Below are positions 46,712-57,431 of a stretch of DNA of 64,000 nucleotides, piece after piece. The stretch lies in the IMG/VR virus record IMGVR_UViG_3300011335_000900, positions 1 through 64,000 of that record; one strand, 5' to 3'. A model generated the notes under the pieces. The model made no database searches. It was given only the letters and a program-made list of their open reading frames with translations, and was not told the origin of the DNA. Origin of the DNA: a virus. Position numbers and translations under genes: made by a program. Each line of letters starts with the position of its first letter. Within the stretch, counting starts at the first letter, position 1.

Positions 46712-48952
46712 ATGGCAAAACAACAACCCCAATCACCTGATAACGAATCTTTTAAAGATCAAAGAGATCTCCTTAAAGAAATAAATAAGGAAATAGGGAA
46801 ACAGAATGAGGCTATACAAGAAGCCACAAAATCCTATTCTGTTTTACAAAATGTTGCCTTTAAATTACAAAACTCAGAAGAAGAGATATCAACATTAAAT
46901 GAAAAACAATTAAAATCTCTTCAAGAACGTTCTCAAATAGCCCTTCGTGAACTAAAATCATCTGCTTCTCAATTAAAAAATAAAACAAATTTAAGTTCTA
47001 AAGAAAAAGCTCTTCTTAAAGCTGCTAAAGATAAATTTGCTATTGAAGAAGAATTTGTTCAAAAAGTTGAAAAAGAATTAGACTCTTATATTAAAATAAA
47101 CAAACAATTAGGAGTTATAGGTGGTGTTTTAAAAGGAATATCTAAAATTCCAATATTAGGAGATGTATTTGATGCTAATCAATCTTTAGATGCTGCTAGA
47201 AAAAAAGTAAAAGAAACAGGAAGTGGAGTTAAAGGATTAGGTGCAGCTTTTGGAGATATGGGTTCCCAAATATTAAGTGGTTTAACAGATCCATTAGCTA
47301 TAGTAGGACTTTTAGTAAAAGGTTTTCAAATGTTCCTAGATATAGGATTTGCTGCTGATAAACAAATTACAGATTTATCTAAATCTATGTCTGTTTCTAA
47401 AGAAGAAGCAACAGCTACTAGAGACAGATTTATAGAAATACAAAACTCAGGAGAAAGTATATTTAACACTACTAAAAATTTAGTTGCCGCTCAAATGGAA
47501 TTAGCGGATGCATTAGGAGCTACTAGGGGATTTACTGAACAACAAGTTAAAGACCAAGTTATGCTTACTAAAGAAATGAAACTTTCAGCTGAAGCTGCTG
47601 GGGGTATTCAACAATTAGCAATAGCTAATGGGATGACAGCTGAAGGTGTTACTGATTCTGTTATTAAACAAACAGCCGCTCTTGCTAAACAAACAGGAAT
47701 TCAATTAGATAATAAACAAATAACTGAAAAAGTAGCTAAAGTTTCAGGACAATTACGTTTACAATATGCTAATAATCCTACGCTAATAGCAAAAGCTGTA
47801 GTTCAAACTGAAAAATTAGGTATTAGTTTAGAAACCGCAGCTAATGCTGCTAAAGGATTACTCCAATTTGAAGACTCAATTGAAAATGAACTTTCAGCAG
47901 AACTATTAACTGGAAAGGCTTTAAACCTAGAAAGAGCTAGAGGTTTAGCTTTAAATGGGGATTCAGTAGAAGCAGCAAAAGAAATGCTAGCTCAAGTAGG
48001 ATCAGCATCAGATTTCCAAAACATGAATGTAATCCAACAAGAAGCTATTGCAAAAGCTGTTGGAATGAGTACAGATGATTTAGCTAACTCTCTAGTTACT
48101 CAAGAAAATTTAAAAAAATTAGGAAATGAAACAAGAAGTCAAGTAGAAGCAGAAATTAAAGCTGCAAAAAAGCTTGGGGATATGGATAAAGTTAGAATGT
48201 TAGAAGCTTCCATAGGTAATGAAGAAGAAGCACAAGCTGCTTTAAAAGATATTGATGCTCAAGCAACATTTAACCAATCTATAGAAACATTAAAATCAAT
48301 GCTTTCTTCTATAATAGAAGGACCTGCTGCTGATTTTGCAAATTGGATTGGAGATTCTGAAAAGGGGGCAGACAGATTAAAAGGATTATTTGAAAATATT
48401 AAAACTACCATTTCTATTGTAGCAGGAATAATTGCTGGAAGAATGGTATTTGGATTAGCTACCTCAGTGGCCTCTATGATAGCTCAAGTTGCTTTATCTA
48501 GAAAATTAAAAGCAGCTGCTCAAGAACAAGCGGTTGCTGAAGGTGTAGTTACTGCCTTAAAGGTAACAGGAGCAGAAGCATCTACTTTAGGAACAGCAAC
48601 TCCATTAATTTTAGGAGGTTTAGCAGCAGTTATGGCAGGAGCGGCAGCATATTCAATGATGAATGATGGAATTATTAGCCCTACTGGAGGGATGGTAGTC
48701 TCAGGCCCTGAAGGTTCAATTCAATTAAATAAAAAAGATAGCATTATTGCTGGAACTAATTTAGGTGGTGGAGGTAATAATGAAGGAAACTCATCAGCTG
48801 AAATCCGTGAACTTAAAAATATGGTAGCTGCTATTGCAAATAGACCAATCAATGTATCCATTGATGGTAAAAAAGTAATTGAAGCTACAATAGGTGCTAA
48901 TCCAAATACACAAGGAGACGAAAGTAGAAAAAATAGCTATCAAATTTCATAA
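46712..48952 (+). CDS. Tape measure protein
   Basis: Long A/Q/L-rich helical protein with hydrophobic segments; follows the chaperone pair. Confidence 0.75.
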   Translation: MAKQQPQSPDNESFKDQRDLLKEINKEIGKQNEAIQEATKSYSVLQNVAFKLQNSEEEISTLNEKQLKSLQERSQIALRELKSSASQLKNKTNLSSKEKALLKAAKDKFAIEEEFVQKVEKELDSYIKINKQLGVIGGVLKGISKIPILGDVFDANQSLDAARKKVKETGSGVKGLGAAFGDMGSQILSGLTDPLAIVGLLVKGFQMFLDIGFAADKQITDLSKSMSVSKEEATATRDRFIEIQNSGESIFNTTKNLVAAQMELADALGATRGFTEQQVKDQVMLTKEMKLSAEAAGGIQQLAIANGMTAEGVTDSVIKQTAALAKQTGIQLDNKQITEKVAKVSGQLRLQYANNPTLIAKAVVQTEKLGISLETAANAAKGLLQFEDSIENELSAELLTGKALNLERARGLALNGDSVEAAKEMLAQVGSASDFQNMNVIQQEAIAKAVGMSTDDLANSLVTQENLKKLGNETRSQVEAEIKAAKKLGDMDKVRMLEASIGNEEEAQAALKDIDAQATFNQSIETLKSMLSSIIEGPAADFANWIGDSEKGADRLKGLFENIKTTISIVAGIIAGRMVFGLATSVASMIAQVALSRKLKAAAQEQAVAEGVVTALKVTGAEASTLGTATPLILGGLAAVMAGAAAYSMMNDGIISPTGGMVVSGPEGSIQLNKKDSIIAGTNLGGGGNNEGNSSAEIRELKNMVAAIANRPINVSIDGKKVIEATIGANPNTQGDESRKNSYQIS

Positions 48953-48982
48953 CACTTAATATTTATAATAAAAACAATAATT

Positions 48983-49303
48983 ATGGGACTTTTAACAAAA
49001 TTAACAGTAGACGGATCAAATTTAAGCATTAATGATGGATTAACACCAGCTATAAATCCATTAACAACTCCTGGAAATTCAATCCATTCTACGGGAATTG
49101 TAAATAATTCATATTCATTAAATGGATCTAATGTAAATGCAATTGGTGCCCTTGTAGCACAGTATGAGGATGGTATAAACAATCCATTACCTTTACCATC
49201 AAATTTAGATTTAAATGGCCTTACACCATCCCAATATTTAAACAATTTGCCTGAAGGTGGAGGATTAATTGGTGACACAAATATTGCTACTCCATTCGGG
49301 TAA
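48983..49303 (+). CDS. Small tail/baseplate-associated protein
   Basis: MGLLTKLT.DGS.LS...YS.NG...YEDG..PLP.P..LDL; paralogue of the next ORF. Confidence 0.5.
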   Translation: MGLLTKLTVDGSNLSINDGLTPAINPLTTPGNSIHSTGIVNNSYSLNGSNVNAIGALVAQYEDGINNPLPLPSNLDLNGLTPSQYLNNLPEGGGLIGDTNIATPFG

Positions 49304-49319
49304 TTAAATATATAACATA

Positions 49320-49646
49320 ATGGGATTACTTAGTAAATTAACAATAGGAGACGGATCTACACTATCATACAGTGATGGAAGTACTCCACTTATTAACAAA
49401 CTATCTACTAAACAATCACCCCTCCATTACAACTCATATGATCTAGAACCAGGATACTCAGTAAATGGAACAGATGCTTCATATGTTAATTCTCTTTATC
49501 AAGGATATGAAGATGGAAAAAATACCCCAATACCTGAACCTACTACTTTAGATTTAACAGATTTATTAACATCAGATCCTAACAATAAACCAAAATATAC
49601 TCCAATACCTGGACAAACCTATTCTGATTTATATAATAAATTTTAA
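49320..49646 (+). CDS. Small tail/baseplate-associated protein, paralogue of 48983..49303
   Basis: MGLLSKLT.GDGS.LS...YSVNG...YEDG..PIP.P..LDL. Confidence 0.5.
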   Translation: MGLLSKLTIGDGSTLSYSDGSTPLINKLSTKQSPLHYNSYDLEPGYSVNGTDASYVNSLYQGYEDGKNTPIPEPTTLDLTDLLTSDPNNKPKYTPIPGQTYSDLYNKF

Positions 49647-49649
49647 GTC

Positions 49650-51653
49650 ATGGGTTCTTTTTTACAAAAACTATTAACTAACCCTGAAGATTTTAAATTC
49701 TATACAGGTAATCAAAAAGGTGCTGTTAGTCCTAATAACCAAAATCCAAGAACAATTCCTTTTGGACGTGATAGAGTTGGAGGAAAAGATAGTAATCAAC
49801 CATATATTAAAAAAGGATTATTAAATGTTTCTTTAGATTCTGCATTTTATAATGATTTTACAATCCGTGGTGGAATTTTAGCCCCATTAAATGCACTTGA
49901 GGATGTTGCCCGTTTAACAAAATATTTTGCAGATATAAAAAATCCAAAAGGACTTTTATTTTTAGCTAAAGAAAATATTCTTTCTCGAATAGGAACAAAA
50001 ACAGAAGCATCTAAAGGTTTAGGATATGCAGGAGGTGCTTTAAATGAAGGGATATACACTCCATTATCTACTATAGGACAAGCTTTAATTGGATTTGCTG
50101 GAGGACATTTAAATAAACAAGGACTTGATCCAACAGGTTTATTTCCTGGATCAAACATTAATAAATATCAAGATGTAATTACAATCAACCAATTAGAACG
50201 AGTTGAAGATGATTTATACATAAACACTAATAGGCTAATTCTTTTAGCTGAACCTAAAGAACCAAATCCTCTTAATCAAGTAACATCATTTGTTACTAAT
50301 TTATTAGGAGTTTCTGGGTTTCAATATAAACCTACTATAGATACTTTAATCCAATATGGAGGAGGTCCTGGATCTAAGTTAGGTTTTGGATCAACTAAAA
50401 TAAAATATGCTACAAAAAATGATGGTAATCCATTAACAGTATTTGATAGTAAAAATTCTAGCAATTTAGTAAATGTTAAAGGTGCACGTTACAAAACATG
50501 GGATTATTCGTTAATTAATTCTCAATTACTTAATTTAGATGGAAATATTAATGAAGATTTTAGAACAACTATGGGAGTTGATTCTTCTGGAGGTGATTCT
50601 ACATTTGTATCCTTTTCTCCAGACTACAAAAAATATAATATTGAAGACAACCTTAATTTAGGAAACCCAGGAAGAAGAGGTAGAAATAGATCAAGTTATA
50701 CATTTGGAACCGGTGAAGGTCCATTAGATAAATTAAATGCTTCACCTATATATAAAACACAGGTAAACACAAAAACCAACGATCCTTTATACAAAAAAGA
50801 TGGAAGTTATGTAGATATAATACCATTTATTATTTCAATATTAAATAACGACAACCAAGAAAAAGAAAATCCAGGAACATATAGAAAAAATATGCATTTT
50901 AGAGCATTTATAGATTCTTTTTCAGATTCATATGATGCTGATTGGTCACCTATAGAATATATGGGTAGAGCAGAAAAATTATATAAATATAAAGGTTTTG
51001 GAAGAAAAATATCAATGGCTTTTACAGTAGTAGCCCAATCTAGAGAAGAAATTACAGCAATGTATGATAAATTAAATTTCTTAGCTTCTTCTTTAGCTCC
51101 TGAATATTTAGATAGTTTAACTTCTGGATACATGGCTGGAAATATTGCCTATATTACTTTAGGAGAATATATATATGATCAACCCGGAATTATAACTTCA
51201 CTAACATTTGACATCCCTGAAGAATCACCTTGGGAAATAGGAATTGATGATGCTGGAAACCGTTTAGATATTAAAGACATCAGACAAGTTCCCCACATGA
51301 TAAAAGTTTCAGGATTTAATTTTACCCCAATCCATAAATTTAGACCAGAAAAACAAACCTTCTTAAATGATATACTTGGCACAGATAGTACCCGTTTACT
51401 AGGTACAGGAATACAAAGATATGTTGATCAACGAAGACCTGAAAGTACAAATTATGATGAGGAAGCATTAGCTGCATATAAAACAGAGGCAGAAAAAGAA
51501 AGACTACGAAAATTAGCAGATGCAGAAAGAGAAAGAATACAAAAACAAGCAGAAAATAATGCTGCTGTTGCAAGACTAAGTCCTCAACCACAACCCACAA
51601 CCACCGGAATTAACTTAAGCCCACTAACTTCCCAAAATACCTTAATCCCATAA
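49650..51653 (+). CDS. Baseplate/tube-initiator-like protein
   Basis: C-terminal FRAFIDSFSDSYDADW...MGRAE..Y.Y.GFGRKIS..F...ITLGEY...PGII tube-like domain. Confidence 0.6.
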   Translation: MGSFLQKLLTNPEDFKFYTGNQKGAVSPNNQNPRTIPFGRDRVGGKDSNQPYIKKGLLNVSLDSAFYNDFTIRGGILAPLNALEDVARLTKYFADIKNPKGLLFLAKENILSRIGTKTEASKGLGYAGGALNEGIYTPLSTIGQALIGFAGGHLNKQGLDPTGLFPGSNINKYQDVITINQLERVEDDLYINTNRLILLAEPKEPNPLNQVTSFVTNLLGVSGFQYKPTIDTLIQYGGGPGSKLGFGSTKIKYATKNDGNPLTVFDSKNSSNLVNVKGARYKTWDYSLINSQLLNLDGNINEDFRTTMGVDSSGGDSTFVSFSPDYKKYNIEDNLNLGNPGRRGRNRSSYTFGTGEGPLDKLNASPIYKTQVNTKTNDPLYKKDGSYVDIIPFIISILNNDNQEKENPGTYRKNMHFRAFIDSFSDSYDADWSPIEYMGRAEKLYKYKGFGRKISMAFTVVAQSREEITAMYDKLNFLASSLAPEYLDSLTSGYMAGNIAYITLGEYIYDQPGIITSLTFDIPEESPWEIGIDDAGNRLDIKDIRQVPHMIKVSGFNFTPIHKFRPEKQTFLNDILGTDSTRLLGTGIQRYVDQRRPESTNYDEEALAAYKTEAEKERLRKLADAERERIQKQAENNAAVARLSPQPQPTTTGINLSPLTSQNTLIP

Positions 51654-51670
51654 AAATATCCCCTAGATAA

Positions 51671-51985
51671 ATGTCAAGATATTCAAGAATTAATATAATA
51701 TCAACCCCCGAATCTCCTAAACTAAGGTATGTAAATGTTATTTACCCACAAATCCCCCTTGGTTCTCAAGATATTTATGTGTATACTACACAAGGTGATA
51801 GATATGATTCTTTAGCTTTAACATTTTATAAAGATTCAAGTTTATGGTGGATAATAAATCGTGCAAATCCTAACCAAGATTCTGCATCTTTATTTCCTTC
51901 AGTTGGAGCACAATTAAGAATACCCGCTCCTGTTCGGTTATCAAGCATAATATCACTTTATGAAAGATTAAATGGTATTACATAA
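51671..51985 (+). CDS. LysM/tail-X-like baseplate protein
   Basis: YTTQGDRYDSLA..FYKDSSLWWII..AN...G.QLRIP. Confidence 0.75.
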   Translation: MSRYSRINIISTPESPKLRYVNVIYPQIPLGSQDIYVYTTQGDRYDSLALTFYKDSSLWWIINRANPNQDSASLFPSVGAQLRIPAPVRLSSIISLYERLNGIT

Positions 51986-51995
51986 AAAGTAAAAA

Positions 51996-54900
51996 ATGGC
52001 AGTAATAGGTGAAGAGTTAGAAGGTTATGTAATAAACCAAATTAAGGCCCGTCAAACTTTACACGGTAGTGGAGTAGGCCATACTGGTACCCTTAGAACA
52101 GATAAACAAATAAACTTATTAAATTCTAATACATCTTGGATAAAACTAGCATCTGGAGTTTCTGTAAATGAAACAAGACTAAAAGATATTGATATAGACA
52201 ATTCCGATTTAAAAGATATGGGATTAGCTAAAAATAACATATTATTTTCTGGTATTTCTAAACTTTCTTCACAAACAGTAGAGGGAAACTCTTATACTCA
52301 ATTAGAACAAAGAGAAGGATTTTTACCAAGAAATGATAACAGTTCATATACTTATGGTTCTTTTGGATTTTCTCCAATGCCTGGAATTATTAGTGCTGAT
52401 ATTAAAACATTAACTAGAGGTTCACTTAAAAAAGCAACAGTTAAATTAATAGCAAATAATAAGCAACAATTTGATATTATTGATTTGCTTTATATGCGAT
52501 TAGGATATACGGTTTTACTTGAATGGGGTAATAGTATTTATACCACTACTGGTTTTGATAAAGAAATTTTACGTAATACTTTAATTGAAGAAAAATTTTT
52601 TGAATCTGCTGGAAGTGATTCATATTTTACATTTCTTGAAGATATTGAAAATAAAAGAGATAAATACGAAGGAAATTACGATGCTTTATTAGGTAAAGTA
52701 TCAAATTTTAATTGGTCATTTAATACTGATGGATCTTATGATATTGAATTAACTATAATTAGTTTAGGAGATGTTATTGAATCATTAAAATCAAATTTAT
52801 CGGTTGATACAAAAACCCTTGAATTTTTAAACACATTTAAAACAAACACCTCAGAAATTGCAGCAATAGATCCACCAGATCCTACAGTTGATGAAGAAGA
52901 TAGCAGTGCCGATATTATAACAGCAATGCTTGCTATATATAAATTTGTAAATAGAACCCAAGAAACAGGAACTAATGTTCAAATAATAGGAGCTGATGGG
53001 ACGCAACATGACGTAGGACTTTTATTAGATAATGACGACTCGGGAGATGGACAATATGTTGCATCTTCATCAACAGATTATGTACTTTCAAAAACCTTTA
53101 AAATTAAAGTATATTCAAATGCTAATGGTTTAAGTTCAATTAGTTATAAAGGAACAGGAAGATATAAAGTTACTCAAACATTTTCATCAAATAATGATGA
53201 AATTGGGAAAGATGATGCAGTAAAGAAAAAAAATGAATTCCAAAAAGCCACAAACGAATTAACTATTAATCAATTAATAAAAGGAGGTCAAGTAGGGGAA
53301 TTAGTAATAACTGAACTTGAAAAACTTACAGTAATACAAGCTACTAAAACTGGAGGAGTTTTTACTTATGTTGATGTATCTGATAGAACAGAAACTTTTG
53401 CAAATAATGAAGATCTTACTAAAAAAACAAAATCACCCTTAAAAGTAGAAAGAAACTCAGATACAAAAACTATACCAAATCCATTAGTTAACTTTGGATG
53501 GAATGATGCCTTTAAACTTTTAACAAAAGACTCTCCAATCTATTATATTAGATTTGGAGCATTATTAGAATACATTAAAGATAATATTATTATAAAAATA
53601 GCTAATACAAAAAAGGATCCTTTATTTGATATAGATTTTAGTGAATGGGATACTTATATGTATTCTTTACCAAATCAAATATCACTAGATCCAAGAGTAT
53701 GCATTGTTCGTAATAATAATATAGAAGTAGGAATTCCTGATAAAAAAACTCAAGCTTTTACTAAACTACAATATTTTAAAGTAGTAGATGCAGGGATTAG
53801 TAATGATAATGCTGCATTTACTTTAAATATTTATTTAAATTTTGATTTTGTATTAGAGTGTTTAAAAGTCGATAATAAAGGAAATGTTAGTGTATATGAA
53901 TTAATTTCTAATATATGTACAGGATTAAATAGAGCATTAGGTGGAATAAATAATTTAGAACCTATAATAGATGAAACAGATAATACACTCCGAATCATTG
54001 ACACTACCCCCATTCCTGGACACTCAGCAGAAGCTAATTTTTCAGAATATAAACTTCAAATATATGGATACGATAAAATAGCTAACGATTATATTTCTAA
54101 TTTTGTTCGTAAAGTTGATTTAAAAACAGCTATAACTCCTGAATATGCTACTATGATTACAGTTGGATCAACAGCTGGAGGATATGTTAAAGGAACAGAA
54201 GCAACAGCATTTTCTAAATGGAATATTGGTTTAACAGATCGATTTAAAGAAGAACTCCTCCCACCAGATGGAATAAAAAATAATACTGACACAAATGAAG
54301 CTGCATTAAATTATGTAGACATTTTTTATTACCCAAAAGGAAGAGCTAATCGTTTTGGTATCAATGACTTTGGATCAGGTATGAAACTTTCCGATAATAT
54401 TATAGAAAAAAATCTTTCTATAGTAACAGAATATTACAAATGGTTAATAGCATATTCATCCCCAGATGATAAACCATCAGGGGGAACAGTTGGATTTATT
54501 CCTTTTAAATTAGGTTTAACTTTAGATGGTATTTCGGGAATAAAAATATATAACGTTTTACGCATTAACACCGAATTTTTACCAAAAGCATATGGTAAAA
54601 CAGTTGACTTGATTGTAACAGGTGTTTCTCATAGATTAAGTAATAATGATTGGGAAACATCTATTGAATCTACTGTTATGCCAAAAACAGGAGAAATGGC
54701 TTTAGTAACAATTACTGCGGAACAGGCTGCAACTAGTATAAATAATGCTACTACAATTACCTCTTGTAAATCTCTTCCACCATCTAAAGGATTATCTAAT
54801 TCTGTTAAAGGTTTAATTAAAGCTTCAACAACTAAAGATAGTATTATAGTTCAAGCTATTGTTGATAATCTTGAAGGAGGATATTACCACCCAACCCATG

Positions 54901-55502
54901 CATTTAGTTTTAGTCAAACAGATAGAAATACATATAAAAACTCGGGAGAAACTTTATATGGATTAGATAGATATGCTGGAAATAATGAAGGAATAAGAAA
55001 AGGCCCTAAAAATCAATCTGGAATAGATTTCTGGGCAGCAGTAGATGCTATATCAGGAAATGGATCTTATAAAGATACTAGTAGAACTGTAAAGACAGGC
55101 CAATGGAATATTAAAAAATACCCTAAAAAATCAGGTATATGGTCTTGGAACTACATGCCTAAAAAATCAGAAAGTGGATATGATAATCTTCAAAAGAATT
55201 TAACTAAATATATTACTAATTCTTATAATTCATTGTTTAATAAATACCTTGCAGGTCATCCTGTAGGGCAATTAGTACAAAATGATGGTAGACTTAAATT
55301 TATGTATTATCGAGCTACTTGGAATGGAAGTGGTTTCTTTCAAAAATATGCTTCTAACTTAAAAGCAGTATATGATAAAGGAGAAAAAAATATTGACAAT
55401 TTAATTTGCGCAGATTTAACATTCCGATATAACACTAAAGCACCAGCATTTAAGCCTGGAGTATCTAAAATATCATTTATGATGGATTATAAAAAACCTT
55501 AA
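51996..55502 (+). CDS. Baseplate hub-like protein with C-terminal GH108-like lysozyme domain
   Basis: PMPGI; YMRLGYTVLLEWG; NFNWS..DGSYD (hub-like); C-terminal LEGGYYHP...SGETLYGLDR resembles the GH108 EGGY...GxT.xGI motif. Confidence 0.6.
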   Translation: MAVIGEELEGYVINQIKARQTLHGSGVGHTGTLRTDKQINLLNSNTSWIKLASGVSVNETRLKDIDIDNSDLKDMGLAKNNILFSGISKLSSQTVEGNSYTQLEQREGFLPRNDNSSYTYGSFGFSPMPGIISADIKTLTRGSLKKATVKLIANNKQQFDIIDLLYMRLGYTVLLEWGNSIYTTTGFDKEILRNTLIEEKFFESAGSDSYFTFLEDIENKRDKYEGNYDALLGKVSNFNWSFNTDGSYDIELTIISLGDVIESLKSNLSVDTKTLEFLNTFKTNTSEIAAIDPPDPTVDEEDSSADIITAMLAIYKFVNRTQETGTNVQIIGADGTQHDVGLLLDNDDSGDGQYVASSSTDYVLSKTFKIKVYSNANGLSSISYKGTGRYKVTQTFSSNNDEIGKDDAVKKKNEFQKATNELTINQLIKGGQVGELVITELEKLTVIQATKTGGVFTYVDVSDRTETFANNEDLTKKTKSPLKVERNSDTKTIPNPLVNFGWNDAFKLLTKDSPIYYIRFGALLEYIKDNIIIKIANTKKDPLFDIDFSEWDTYMYSLPNQISLDPRVCIVRNNNIEVGIPDKKTQAFTKLQYFKVVDAGISNDNAAFTLNIYLNFDFVLECLKVDNKGNVSVYELISNICTGLNRALGGINNLEPIIDETDNTLRIIDTTPIPGHSAEANFSEYKLQIYGYDKIANDYISNFVRKVDLKTAITPEYATMITVGSTAGGYVKGTEATAFSKWNIGLTDRFKEELLPPDGIKNNTDTNEAALNYVDIFYYPKGRANRFGINDFGSGMKLSDNIIEKNLSIVTEYYKWLIAYSSPDDKPSGGTVGFIPFKLGLTLDGISGIKIYNVLRINTEFLPKAYGKTVDLIVTGVSHRLSNNDWETSIESTVMPKTGEMALVTITAEQAATSINNATTITSCKSLPPSKGLSNSVKGLIKASTTKDSIIVQAIVDNLEGGYYHPTHAFSFSQTDRNTYKNSGETLYGLDRYAGNNEGIRKGPKNQSGIDFWAAVDAISGNGSYKDTSRTVKTGQWNIKKYPKKSGIWSWNYMPKKSESGYDNLQKNLTKYITNSYNSLFNKYLAGHPVGQLVQNDGRLKFMYYRATWNGSGFFQKYASNLKAVYDKGEKNIDNLICADLTFRYNTKAPAFKPGVSKISFMMDYKKP

Positions 55503-55507
55503 TAAAG

Positions 55508-56110
55508 ATGTACTACCCAAAATCTCAAATTAAACCAAATCTTTACACTAATGGAGAAGAATTTATCCTTTCTACTACTAAAGAAACCTATAAAGGACCT
55601 TACTACAAAATATCTTCAGGTAAGCAATATACTGGAAAAAATCCTCAAGATAAGCCTAATATTTTATTAATTTATTTTAATCAAATAAGCGAAACAAATC
55701 CACAAAATGAAAATGAATATACTCCTGTTGATATTATAGTCCCATTAATTAATAATGAATATTCTATATTAACTCCTCCTTTTAGAAATATCCCATTATT
55801 TAATCCTACATTACCAACTGATCAAGATAAACAAAACGGACAATTTAATAGATATTTCTGTAAAAAAACAAATGAATTAAAATATTTAGAAATAGATAAA
55901 GAAACACACACTAAATTACAAGCTAAAGATCCAAAAATAGCATGGGATTTATATGAACCTGCTTCTTTATTATGGGTTATTAAAGGAAATCAAGAAACAG
56001 TATTTAATACAAATAAATCATCTGTTTTTAAAATTGAACAAAACCAAAGATGGAATGGATTTTCCCAATACTTTAAAGAAAATTATTTAAAATATTACTT
56101 GGGATCATAA
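55508..56110 (+). CDS. Hypothetical protein at the end of the tail module
   Basis: Intact ORF; MYYPKSQI...YTNGEEF; RYFCKK. Confidence 0.5.
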   Translation: MYYPKSQIKPNLYTNGEEFILSTTKETYKGPYYKISSGKQYTGKNPQDKPNILLIYFNQISETNPQNENEYTPVDIIVPLINNEYSILTPPFRNIPLFNPTLPTDQDKQNGQFNRYFCKKTNELKYLEIDKETHTKLQAKDPKIAWDLYEPASLLWVIKGNQETVFNTNKSSVFKIEQNQRWNGFSQYFKENYLKYYLGS

Positions 56111-56129
56111 AATATAGTTTGTATCTTTA
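56099..56129 (+). promoter_or_regulatory. Putative Bacteroidota-type sigma70 promoter
   Basis: TTGG-N19-TATCTTTA immediately upstream of ATG 56134. Confidence 0.55.
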
Positions 56130-56133
56130 AAGT

Positions 56134-57381
56134 ATGTATTGGCTTATAGAAGATATTGAACATATAGAAACAATTTGTCGCACTAAGCACCAAGTAGCTT
56201 ATATCGATATTATCCCATGCTCACATACACTTCACCCTGTTGAAAACAGTGTATGTGCTATTTATCTTCGTTTTGAAAACGACAATAAAGGATATATTAT
56301 TTCTGTAAACCATAGCGAAACAATAAATTTTGATTTAGAGACAGTAGAGAGAGTATTAAATAGTATAGAAAAAATCAATGTAAGAGATAAAAAAGAATTT
56401 TTACATTATTTCTGTCTCAAGCATGTTTACCAACCACCCCCCACCCCTCATCCGTATATACCTCAATTAACACCTGCTCATAACCATATTTACAATAAGC
56501 ATCTAAATATACAAGATTTAAACACAATAGTGCCGATTGTAAAACACTATGAAGTATGTGAACAAAACTATTTAAACTTTAAAGAAGATGTAAATCCGTT
56601 TTATAATAAAGCAGCAACCGTGTTTGCTCAACTCGAACAAGCGGGTATAAAAATAGACCAAACTAAATTCGAGCAGTACTTCAATAAAGAGGTAAACGAG
56701 TTTATATACACGCAATATAACCTAAATACACTAACAACAAGACCCTCCAACGCATTTGGAGGAATTAATTTTTCAGCTTTAAATAAAGACAATGGAGAAA
56801 GAGAATGTTTTATACCGCGCAATGATCTTTTTATTGAAATGGACATTAGTGCTTATCATCCTAGTATTATTGCCAATTTACTTAATTACACTTTCGATAG
56901 TGGTGATGTTCATGGCTCTTTTGCTAAAATGTATGGAGTGGATTACGCCAAAGCAAAAGAAATCACGTTTAAACAAATTTATGGAGGAGTTTGGAAAGAA
57001 TATCAAGAACTTCCTTTCTTTAAAAAAGTAATAGCATATACTGATGATTTATGGGATACATTTAACTATGGTGGATATATTGAATGTCCAATTTCAAAGC
57101 ATAAATTTGTAAAAAGTGAAATGGAAAATATGAATCCACAAAAACTCTTAAATTACTTACTCCAAAACTTGGAAACCGCAAATAATGTTTGTATACTATA
57201 TGAAATATTTAAAATATTACGAGGGAAAAATACTAAACTCGTATTGTATGTTTACGATTCATTTTTATTTGATTTTGATGAAAATGAAAAAGACGTAATA
57301 GAACAAATATCTAAAATAATAAATGGTAAAAATTTTCAATTTAAAATTAAAACCGGCACAAACTACAATAATATAAAATAA
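56134..57381 (+). CDS. polA: Compact, divergent family A DNA polymerase
   Basis: LEQAGIKID; TTRPSN...INFSAL; motif A EMDISAYHP; motif B AKEITFKQIYG; LNYLLQ; motif C LYVYDSFLFD. Confidence 0.8.
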   Translation: MYWLIEDIEHIETICRTKHQVAYIDIIPCSHTLHPVENSVCAIYLRFENDNKGYIISVNHSETINFDLETVERVLNSIEKINVRDKKEFLHYFCLKHVYQPPPTPHPYIPQLTPAHNHIYNKHLNIQDLNTIVPIVKHYEVCEQNYLNFKEDVNPFYNKAATVFAQLEQAGIKIDQTKFEQYFNKEVNEFIYTQYNLNTLTTRPSNAFGGINFSALNKDNGERECFIPRNDLFIEMDISAYHPSIIANLLNYTFDSGDVHGSFAKMYGVDYAKAKEITFKQIYGGVWKEYQELPFFKKVIAYTDDLWDTFNYGGYIECPISKHKFVKSEMENMNPQKLLNYLLQNLETANNVCILYEIFKILRGKNTKLVLYVYDSFLFDFDENEKDVIEQISKIINGKNFQFKIKTGTNYNNIK

Positions 57382-57431
57382 GTATTAGGAGTATAATAGA
57401 CTTTTTTGTACATTTTAATATGTATAATAAA

